A stretch of DNA of 64,000 bases from Ranitomeya imitator (Eukaryota). Position 1 is the first letter of the stretch. Each line of letters opens with the position of its first letter. Shown here piece after piece: positions 11,101-20,859 of this stretch. The stretch spans positions 12,338,001 to 12,402,000 of the forward strand of contig NC_091285.1 in assembly GCF_032444005.1 (NCBI RefSeq). Direction: 5' to 3'. Both the position numbers and the translations under genes were made by a program. A model generated the notes under the pieces. The model worked only from the letters and a program-made list of their open reading frames with translations, was not told where the DNA came from and did not search any database.

Positions 11101-11910
11101 TTGTGTATAGTTACTGTCTGATTGTGTGTTTAACCCTTACAGATCAATGATTGATATTGTTACTCTGATTTATATGCAATAAAAACCAATGATAAGAATC
11201 CTGGTGTCTGAGCGTTCTGATGATCTCTCGTCTGAGCGGAAGATGAAGTTGGCACATCGGGGTCAGGTCTTATATCGGGGTCAGGTCTTATATCGGGGTC
11301 AAATATCGAGGTCAAATCTTACATCTTTCTATAGTGGATTAGGAGAGTGAAGAATAATCATTGTACAATGAGACGTTCTACAATTTTACAGGAGACTTTG
11401 GGCCCAATTTATTGTTGCTTTTGCATCTTTTTTTGTCTAGTTTTTGGTGTTTTTGCATTTTACTTTTCTTTAACTTTGTGCCTTTTTTAAAGTCTGTTTT
11501 ATATGTGTTCACCTGGCTTTTTTCATCATCACCATTCTTTGGGGTTTCCACATTTTTTACATTTTGATTCATCATCTGCGACTTTTTAAAATCTTACTAA
11601 AATTTTGCCCCAGCATACTACAGTCTTTCCCCCCTCCTCATCCTTTCGAAGTTATTTTACTTCTGCCAGAAATTTTTGTGCAAATTTTGTGACATTTTAG
11701 TGGAACGTGCAACCTTTTTGCTCTAAAAAAAATTGCGAAAATATTAGACAAAAACAGTTTTTTATTATTTTGCACAAATTTTGTGAACCATGTTCACCAC
11801 TTAGGTGCAAAAAAAAAGACAAAAAAAAAGTGACTTAAAATTAGCAAATGATGACTCGGCTTTTTGTGAATTCATTTTTCACCATTTTACACATCTGATT
11901 GGTGTCAGTA
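8190..11910. repeat. TRIM 3' flank shared among units (paralogous to ~38040-40380 and ~54210-58150)
   Basis: Long colinear matches seen by eye, differing by indels and element insertions. Confidence 0.9.
8590..8603 (+). promoter_or_regulatory. CTCF-consensus motif, followed by an octamer (ATTTGCAT, 8636-8643); paralogues at 38414 and 54628
   Basis: CCAGTAGGTGGCAC matches CCASYAGRKGGCRS; binding not shown. Confidence 0.5.
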
Positions 11911-12055
11911 ATTGGAAATATTCCCTTTTGCATTCAGATATTAAAATGTGCGAGGAACTAATCCTCCTCACAGCCGCAGAATACAGACTGCAGGAAAGGT
12001 GACAACCATTGTTAATTGCTGCACGTCATCATCAGGGTCAGCAAATCTGCAGATG

Positions 12056-12220
12056 GAGGGGCGTAACTTGAAGCTCATGGGCCATAGTGCAAAGTTTCAT
12101 TGGGCCCCCAATTATTGCAAGCTTTTAATAGCACGGTTGTTTTCTATAGGCCAAAGGGAATTTTGGGGCTCCCTAGGCTCCAGGGCCGGGGTCTAATCAC
12201 ATATTGTAGTTACGCCCCTG
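12056..12220. mobile_element. Old hAT-type MITE
   Basis: Ends gaggggcgtaact / agttacgcccctg; degenerate 8-bp TSD tgcagatg / agcacatg (6 of 8 match). Confidence 0.6.
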
Positions 12221-12399
12221 AGCACATGTACGTCTGTGCCCCTCCTTTCATGTTTGTCATTAATTCACATAATTCTCATGGATTCAGGGAGATTTGCTGA
12301 AAATATTATAAAGATTATACAACAAAAACTTGTAAAACACAATATTCACAATCAGACACTATTATAAGGGACGGATTGTGACTTGTAGGATCGCTACTT

Positions 12400-12457
12400 C
12401 CAACAGGTGGCGCTATAGAGTTTAAGTAATTTTTTTCTCTGAAGAGGCAATTTGCAT
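12400..12457 (+). promoter_or_regulatory. Second CTCF-like plus octamer module
   Basis: CCAACAGGTGGCGC ... ATTTGCAT, same layout as 8590-8643. Confidence 0.4.
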
Positions 12458-12720
12458 ATAATAAGGGACATAATATTACTAATAAATTACTCATATTATA
12501 GAAAACTAGTTCAATAAGTCGGGTCCACTGCTGCACGCCGCACTCGCACACTGGGATACATCGCTGTTCTTTTTGCAATAGTTTTGCCTTTACCTTTTGC
12601 GTTGTCCTTGGCTTATGATGCCCAGCTGGTCTACAGCACATACCCGCTGCAGCAGGTCCCTATAATTTGGACGTTCATGACCGCTTATAGAGCGCCCCTT
12701 CACATCCAGTTCATGTTACA

Positions 12721-12830
12721 GAATGTTCTGATGAAGGTCCTGTGATGGACCGAAAACGTTCATAACCATTTTTGTCTGGATGCACAAATAAAAGGAAGCT
12801 CTTTTTTGTTCAAATACTGAGTGCCAAGTT
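12721..12830 (+). ncRNA. Hammerhead-ribozyme motif in a Penelope-like terminal fragment
   Basis: CTGATGA-A-GGTCC tgtgat GGACC-GAAA-ACGTTC; perfect 5-bp helix II, palindromic AACGTT helix III, UUC triplet; helix I imperfect; followed by AATAAA and GAGTGC. Confidence 0.55.
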
Positions 12831-13157
12831 TATTATTATATTTTGACGGGTTGGACACCTGACTTGAGCACCAACAACTCTTTTACTATAGAGTGCCGTG
12901 ATAGTCTATACTATATATTCATAAGAAGCCATTCTGATTAATAGACGGATGCATGAGCCAAAGTATGGAAGCCCAAAAGGGTTAACAGGATTTTTCATTA
13001 TTACAGTGAAAGAGAAAAAAAATCCAGCTCACCCATTGTGATAACTATGTCCGTAATATGTTTGGATATGCGTACTTTTAATTTATGTGACATACACCCC
13101 ACAAACATCTTATAGCAAGAAGAACAAGCAATGATGTACACCACGTCTTGGGTATAA

Positions 13158-13505
13158 GGCTAGGTTCACATTGCATTTTAGTGTGAGCGCTAGCGGACAG
13201 CGTTGCACGGCGAAATTAACGCCGTGCAACGCGTCCGTTAGCGCTCCCATTGCCCACAATGTTAAAGCGCATTGCTAGCGCGTGTCATATTCGGCACCCG
13301 CTAGCGATGTGCCGTTCTTTTGTAGCACGCCTCAGACGCTGCTTGCAGCATCCGCGGAGCGCCCGAGGTCCGTTCCACGCTCTCGCAGATCGGGGATCTG
13401 CGAGAGCGGGGACATTTAACGCGACCCCGAAAAAGACATTGCGTTAGCGCAATCCGCTAGCGCTTAGCGCTAAACGGATTGCACTAACGCAATGTGAACC
13501 TAGCC
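13158..13505. mobile_element. PIF/Harbinger-type MITE (348 bp)
   Basis: TIR ggctaggttcacattgc / gcaatgtgaacctagcc; TAA and TTA flanks; internally palindromic. Confidence 0.8.
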
Positions 13506-13509
13506 TTAT

Positions 13510-14060
13510 AGTTAATATAATCTTTGATATTATAGTGTTGGGAATTATCATGATTATGGATGGTTTTAGTAACGTGCTGCAGTGCAGTGTTTAATCCTGG
13601 TAAATTCCCTAAGGAAATAGTATGATGAGGGTGGCTACTACGAGCGTGTAATATTGTGTAACCTTTAATGGGTTTGATGTGAGTGGAGGTGGAAATTATC
13701 TCCCCAGGTATGCCCGTGAGCTGCAAATCCAGAAAGGAAATATGTTCTCTATGGTAAGTAGACATCAATTTAAGATTATAGTCATCCACTGTTTAAATAA
13801 TCAATGAAGTCTGGTATGGCAGATACATTGTCCCCCTAAATGAAGAGGAGGTCGTCTATGTACCTGCCATACCACACAAGATCCAATGAGAAAATATTAG
13901 ATGTAGAATACAAGAACTCATACTCCCAAAATTCCATCACAAGATCGGTTAGGGAGAGTGAATACTTTACCACCCCAATGAGATACCCTTGCTTTGTGAA
14001 AAATAAGAGAATAAATTGTGTGTCACGAGGAATTGGGAAACCTGAATAATGTATGTCTGA
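13510..14060 (-). mobile_element. Penelope-like retroelement reverse transcriptase remnant
   Basis: Minus strand gives RYIDDLLF (YIDD at 13862-13851), then FLDL...T...KP...S.HP.H, typical of PLE RT thumb; stops and frameshifts. Confidence 0.7.
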
Positions 14061-14804
14061 AGACCAGTGGAAAAACTGCTATACATGGATAGATGAAATT
14101 CAAGTGCTTTAATAGCAGTACTGTTGGATAGAAGTATATAGTGATATCAGGTCTTAAGGCATGTAAAATTATTGGACCAAAATTTGTTAGAAAAATGTTC
14201 AAGGAAGTCGAAAGAATCTGTTCAAAAACCCGTGGTCCTCTGGGCTAACGGTCGGAGAGCTGCATCCAGCATCTCTCCCAAACGCTTTGTGATGGACCAT
14301 ATTACTTTAATACTAAAACCCTTATTCTCATATAAACAAACACACAACAAAAGGTTAAAAAGGGGGAATTGATGAAGAGTGCTACACTCTTGGGGTACAC
14401 AAAACATTCTTTCCAACACATTTGTACTGGTATAGGGTTAACTTGAAGGTAATCCAATAGTATATTGCCACATGCTATTTGAAAGCAAATTCAAGGTAGA
14501 GAATACAAAGGACTAAATGATAAAAGTGATATGAGTCCCCAAATGAGTACATATACATATGAAGGTCCTGTATCCTTGCTTGAAGCTAATATAAAGTGCC
14601 CAGGGCATACAGTACAATGATTATGTTTGAACATCAGTAACACTTACATAGCCAAGATGCCTTATACATCAACAATGTTCAGCTGCTAAGGAATAAACCA
14701 GGACAGACACGTAAGTAGCATGTACACTAAAATACTAATTAGGGTAAAGTGCAATAAATATTTGAGACAGAAGGAATGTACAACCTGAGAGTGCAGCGCA
14801 GAAT

Positions 14805-14842
14805 CTTGACACGCGTTTCGCATATAGCTTCTTCCTGGGGAG
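14805..14842 (-). ncRNA. Degenerate hammerhead-like motif upstream of the PLE RT remnant
   Basis: Reverse complement aGGAAGA-A-GC tatat GC-GAAACGCGTG; core positions 3-4 and H17 non-canonical, so probably inactive. Confidence 0.35.
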
Positions 14843-15146
14843 GTTTTTGGAAACCATGCATCCATGATGCGCATTTATACTAGTTGTACTCTGGGTCAAT
14901 TATTATCACTTTTCCTGGTGTCTGCCCCTTATTTGAGCTGTTTGGCACCTTTTTGTCATCCGTTAAGGTGTTGTGTATGCGTTTAGTTTTGCCTCCCTTT
15001 GAATTCAATGGGGGTCGGGAATGTTGGACGAACATGATTGGCAAACAACGGGACATTCGCCAAACCGAACCTTGAAAGGTTTGCTCATCTCTAATTACCG
15101 GCGTCCCTTGTAGACCGCCATCATTGTCTTTCTCTCTTGAATGATA

Positions 15147-16752
15147 CAGTGGGGAAAAAAAGTATTTAGTCAGTCAGCAATAGTGCAAGTTCCACCACTT
15201 AAAAAGATGAGAGGCGTCTGTAATTTACATCATAGGTAGACCTCAACTATGGGAGACAAACTGAGAAAAAAAAATCCAGAAAATCACATTGTCTCTTTTT
15301 TTATCATTTTATTTGCATATTATGGTGGAAAATAAGTATTTGGTCAGAAACAAAATTTCATCTCAATACTTTGTAATATATCCTTTGTTGGCAATGACAG
15401 AGGTCAAACGTTTTCTGTAAGTCTTCACAAGGTTGCCACACACCGTTGTTGGTATGTTGGCCCATTCCTCCATGCAGATCTCCTCTAGAGCAGTGATGTT
15501 TTTGGCTCTTCGCTTGGCAACACAGACTTTCAACTCCCTCCAAAGGTTTTCTATAGGGCTGAGATCTGGAGACTGGCTAGGCCACTCCAGGACCTTGAAA
15601 TGCTTCTTACGAAGCCACTCCTTTGTTGCCCTGGCAGTGTGCTTTGGATCATTGTCATGTTGAAAGACCCAGCCACGTTTCATCTTCAATGCCCTTGCTG
15701 ATGGAAGGAGGTTTGCACTCAAAATCTCACGATACATGGCCCCATTCATTCTTTCATGTACCCGGATCAGTCGTCCTGGCCCCTTTGCAGAGAAACAGCC
15801 CCAAAGCATGATGTTTCCACCACCATGCTTTACAGTAGGTATGGTGTTTGATGGATGCAACTCAGTATTCTTTTTCCTCCAAACACGACAAGTTGTGTTT
15901 CTACCAAACAGTTCCAGTTTGGTTTCATCAGACCATAGGACATTCTCCCAAAACTCCTCTGGATCATCCAAATGCTCTCTAGCAAACTTCAGACGGGCCC
16001 GGACATGTACTGGCTTAAGCAGTGGGACACGTCTGGCACTGCAGGATCTGAGTCCATGGTGGCGTAGTGTGTTACTTATGGTAGGCCTTGTTACATTGGT
16101 CCCAGCTCTCTGCAGTTCATTCACTAGGTCCCCCCGCGTGGTTCTGGGATTTTTGCTCACCGTTCTTGTGATCATTCTGACCCCACGGGGTGGCATTTTG
16201 CGTGGAGCCCCAGATCGAGGGAGATTATCAGTGGTCTTGTATGTCTTCCATTTTCTAATTATTGCTCCCACTGTTGATTTCTTCACTCCAAGCTGGTTGG
16301 CTATTGCAGATTCAGTCTTCCCAGCCTGGTGCAGGGCTACAATTTTGTTTCTGGTGTCCTTTGACAGGTCTTTGGTCTTCACCATAGTGGAGTTTGGAGT
16401 CAGACTGTTTGAGGGTGTGCACAGGTGTCTTTTTATACTGATAACAAGTTTAAACAGGTGCCATTACTACAGGTAATGAGTGGAGGAAAGAGGAGACTCA
16501 TAAAGAAGAAGTTACAGGTCTGTGAGAGCCAGAAATCTTGATTGTTTGTTTCTGACCAAATACTTATTTTCCACCATAATATGCAAATAAAATGATAAAA
16601 AAAACAGACAATGTAATTTTCTGGATTTTTTTTCTCAGTTTGTCTCCCATAGTTGAGGTCTACCTATGATGTAAATTACAGACGCCTCTCATCTTTTTAA
16701 GTGGTGGAACTTGCACTATTGCTGACCGACTAAATACTTTTTTTCCCCACTG
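15147..16752 (-). mobile_element. Full-length Tc1 transposon (IR/DR type, ZB-like), 1606 bp
   Basis: TA|cagtggggaaaaaaagtatttagtc ... gactaaatactttttttccccactg|TA; ~205-bp TIRs with inner aagtatttggtcag repeats. Confidence 0.95.
15363..16385 (-). CDS. Tc1 transposase, intact 340 aa, DD34E
   Basis: GRPR-like [32 protein letters not shown]; 34 residues counted between the second D and E. Confidence 0.93.
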   Translation of the reverse strand: MVKTKDLSKDTRNKIVALHQAGKTESAIANQLGVKKSTVGAIIRKWKTYKTTDNLPRSGAPRKMPPRGVRMITRTVSKNPRTTRGDLVNELQRAGTNVTRPTISNTLRHHGLRSCSARRVPLLKPVHVRARLKFAREHLDDPEEFWENVLWSDETKLELFGRNTTCRVWRKKNTELHPSNTIPTVKHGGGNIMLWGCFSAKGPGRLIRVHERMNGAMYREILSANLLPSARALKMKRGWVFQHDNDPKHTARATKEWLRKKHFKVLEWPSQSPDLSPIENLWRELKVCVAKRRAKNITALEEICMEEWANIPTTVCGNLVKTYRKRLTSVIANKGYITKY

Positions 16753-17319
16753 TATCTGTTGCGAACATACTGTGGCTGTAAGCAGTTCTTCTCTGACTTG
16801 TATGCATCTACTGTACAGCATGTATGGAATTAAGGTGGAGTCACCTCTAGCTGTCTTGGGGCGTTATACTTGGGTATGATGGTATTTCTACATGAACCAA
16901 TATGTAGGAACACAGCCAAACTCTCTGTGTAGCCATGGCTTAGTTGATAGCTGGCTTTCACCATTTCTCCTCTAACAGATTCAATGGTTGAACTTTGTGT
17001 GTAGTGACCAAGACCTTTGACACAGTAATGATAACACCCACTTGTCAATTTATTAATGCAGCTTTTACAAGTTGTCACAATTTGTTTTTTTGCCGCAGTT
17101 GTGGAAAAAGGCACTGTGTTGCCACAATCTTCAAAAACTGTGAAAAAACACGACTGTTCGACAGCCACGAGACATGCAGCCACGGCAAATTGAGTATATA
17201 TGTCAAGCACACTGACAATACTTGAGTATCACACAAGAATGCTCGGATAACACCTTATCTGAGCATGCTCGCTCATCACTATTAAGGAGCTTATAATACT
17301 CTGTTAACAATAATAATAA

Positions 17320-19091
17320 CACAATTGTGCCAAGGGTGATGGAAGTATCCTGCTGGTTAAATGACAAGCCACGATGAGATAAAAAATTGTTAGTTTAATG
17401 TCACCGTGTTTCGGAGTAACTCAGACTCCTTCAGGACAACCACAAATAACACAGGTCTGCAAGGGAAACATTGTTAGAAAAATAAGAGGTGATTTTTTAT
17501 TTAATTTCGATCACTGAACTCTGTAAAAATATCGAAAAAAATTCCATCACATACTTTTTAACAGCTTGATTTAAATGGTTTAGTCATGGACATGGACATT
17601 CCTAAAGATTCTGAAGAACTTTTAGGCCCTAGACTAAAGGAAAATAACCTACTAGCTCCTGGTATCTGTTTTTATGGAACAGAAGCAGAGAAAAGGAATT
17701 ACTACCGTACTTTTCTTAAGACTGATTATTGTAGTGATGTTCCTGGGCTGAGGGAAACATTGAGGTTTGAGTACAATGTGAGCGAGTAGAGACTCTTATT
17801 GATTAATCCTGAAAAAGTCTGAAAGCTGTGCTACTGCACAATGACAGCAAGAATGCTTCAATATCTGTAGGGCCTGCTGTGCACTTGAAGGAAAGCTATG
17901 GAAATTTAGACGTTATTTTCAATAAACTTAATTATGAGGATCAAGGATGGTCAATATGTGGTGATTTGAAAGTTCTCCCTTTGGTTCTTCAGCAGCAAAG
18001 GGTATACACAAAGTGACCATGTTTTCTGTGTGAATGGCAAGGCCGGAATATGACTCATCACTGGAGCCAAAAAAGTTGGCCAACCTGAACATTTTTCCAA
18101 CCTGGACTCAAGAACATAGTTGATGAAAGTTTAGTTTATCCCACTAAAATTCTCCTGCCACCACTCTACGTTAAGCTTGGACTGATGAAGTAGTTTGTGA
18201 AAACTCCACCAAGAAAAGGAGAGACCTTTAAGTACCTGTGTACGAAGTTTCAGGGACTGTCCAAAACAAAACTGAAGGAAATCATTTTTGTGGGTTTGGA
18301 TATTTGGAAACTCATGAAGAACGATGTGTTTGAAACAAAAATTAAAGCTGTTTAGAAAATGGCTTGGGATTCTTTTAAAGAAGTTGTGAAGAAATTTTTA
18401 GGTAACAAAAAAGATCCAAAATGTAAGTCCATAATGGAGAACATGCTGAAACGTTTCAAAGACGTTGGTTGTCTGATAAATTTTGAAGTTAAATTTTTTA
18501 CATTCCCATATGGATGACTTTCCTGAAAACCTTGATACCGTTAGTGAAGAGCAAGGAGAAAGATTACATCAGGATATTAACAGGATGGAACGACGATACC
18601 AAGGTAGATGGATCGTGAAGATGATGGGGGACTACTGCTGGATACTAATTACAGGCCTTCTGTAAGAGAAAAGGGATCAAGAGAAGCTTTGAAGAGGAAA
18701 GGAATTAAGTTCCAATAAAATTAGAGAATGAATGTTCAATATATTTTTATAATATTGCGTACATTTTTGGCTATCATAAAAAAAAATCTTGCTCATCTCA
18801 ATTGTATGTAATTTCATGCACATTTTCTGCAAAAGCCATACTTGATGGTTAAAAATAGAAGTGTTTGTTGAAATCAGGGCATAAAAAACATAAGAATCAG
18901 GCATTGGATTTTTAGCAATTTGCATATACCCAAATTTTGCATACCTCTGTAATTGATTATTTGTGGTAGTCCTGAAGGAGTCGGAGTGACTTCAAAATGC
19001 GTTGACATTAACTCATCAATTCTTCATCTCATCATGGAATGTCATTTAGTTAGCAGCTCAGGATACTTCCATCACTCTTGGCACATTTGTA
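17320..19091 (+). mobile_element. Decayed Chapaev3-like (CMC) DNA transposon with ~130-bp TIRs
   Basis: 17320-17449 is the reverse complement of 18958-19091 (imperfect), starting cacaattgtgccaag; internal transposase remnant. Confidence 0.65.
17586..18665 (+). pseudogene. Chapaev3-like transposase pseudogene
   Basis: Fragments RLKENNLL, LKAVLLHN, CGDLK, PCFLCEW, LPPLYVKLGLMK, SEEQGERLHQDI..MERRYQGRW..MMGDYCW; family assignment from recall of motif pattern. Confidence 0.7.
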
Positions 19092-19359
19092 TATATTTTC
19101 TCTGGAAGTTGCAGAGGCTGTGATTTATGAAATTCTATGGGTTGTATCTCCCCATAAGGTGAGGACCCCCCCCCTTTTGTTTTCTCTTGGTAACTTGCAT
19201 AAGAAGCTATTCCATTTTTGCATTTTTTATATAACTAAAAACACAATAAGTCAGGTTGTAGCAATTTACGGGGGACAGAAAATGTAAAAAGTCACATTCA
19301 GCACTGATGTACGTTTCTGATATCAACAGAATGCACATTAAGTTATTCACTGAAATTCT

Positions 19360-19514
19360 GGTTGTCGATAAACGGTAACCTGTAGATAGAACCTGAAGGA
19401 CAAGTTCAGTCTCGCCCTTTTTTGTAAATGTAGATAACACCCCCTGGCTATTTGTCTGGGAATTTTACTTTCACTTCTTCCTTCTCCTGTCAGCGATTGT
19501 GTCTCCTGATCTAA
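19360..19514 (+). pseudogene. Upstream region and first codons of TRIM copy B (ATG mutated to ATT), cut off by the Harbinger
   Basis: cctgtagatagaacctgaaggacaagttcagtctcgccc...ctgtcAG cg ATT gtg tct cct gat cta aligns to 6465-6602. Confidence 0.8.
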
Positions 19515-20859
19515 GGGTACGTTCACATTAGCGTCATGCGACGCAGCGTCATGCGCCCCTATCTTTATCATTGGGGACGCATGCGTTGCGTTGTCGTGCG
19601 TTTTTGGAAAAACGCACGACGCATGCGTCGTTTCACCGCACCTGGGTGGCGTCGGAGACGCTACATGTTGCATTTTTGTAGCGTCTAAAAAACGCATGCG
19701 TTGCACTTGCGTCGCTAGTGCATCGTCATTGCGTTACAATTTCCCATTGAAACCAATTGACAACGCACTTGCGTTGCGTGTGTTAGTTGTGCGTGCGTTG
19801 TGCGATGCATGCGTCGTTAAATAAAATTAAACAAAAAAGTGTCTAGACAGTGTCTAGACAGTGAAAACAGTGATAAAAACATCCCCCATATATAAAGAAA
19901 ATGTTGGATTGTTTGTCACTTCTGCTGCAGCATCCACAGGCAAGACATCACACCAGACTTCTACTTTTATTCATCTGCTGTCCAGAGATGTAAGTATAGA
20001 ATGATTCTGTGCATTTTCTACATGTTTTATTTTTAAATTGTTTTTGCAAGTTGTGTATTATAGTATGCACTGTGGTTGTTTAAAGATATTGTTGTATTTT
20101 TAGTCTGGTTGTGATGTATGGCGTTGTATAGGATGGTGTTTCATTGTCTGCGGCCTTGATTATTGTTCTTTCCAGGATAGATTTTTCTTTTCCATTTATT
20201 GGTTTGGGGGTGTTTTTTGTATTCAGTTGTGATGTTTTATTCTTGCGTTATATGAATTTTATTGTCTCCGGCCATGGTGGTTTTATTGTAAAGTATGGTA
20301 GTATAGAATGATTCTGCGCCCTTTTATTAAATGTAATAATTTTTATTGCAAGTTGTGTATTATGTTCTGCACTGTGGTTATGTAAAGACATTGTTGTATG
20401 TTTCTGGTTGTGATGTATGGCGTTGTATGGCCTTTTATTGTCTCCGGCCCTGTCGGTTTTATTGTAAAGTATGGTGTGTTATTGCCGTTTCTGCCCTTAA
20501 TTTTTGGGGGTTGTTAATTTTTTCCTTTCAAAAATCTATTGTGTTTTTTGGGTTGCTCCGTGCATACTGTACATTTTTTTTAAACAAAACTCTCTTTTGG
20601 GATTACGACATAGGGTCTGTTGTATATTTGTTTTGTTATCTTTAGGCTTTTGTTTACTCTGGCATCGTGTTGTCTCTGCCATTGTTTCTTTAATCAATGT
20701 GGCAGTGTTGTTTGCTCAGCGTTAGTTCAGTTGGAGTGCAATGTTCTTTGTGGTTGAAATGTAAATTTTTTTTTTTTTTTTTTTATATTTTACTATGTTC
20801 CGCTGTATTGTGCATAGGATAAATGTTATTTTGTTCTTTATTTCAGAATTGCATTAGTC

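Noticed and set aside
11215-11250. CTGATGA followed by GGAA/GAA (also 39658, 57700)
   Set aside because: No GAAA, no closing helix II, no NUH site.
16830-17225. Cys-rich short ORFs on both strands
   Set aside because: No recognisable motif spacing; lies among MITE fragments.
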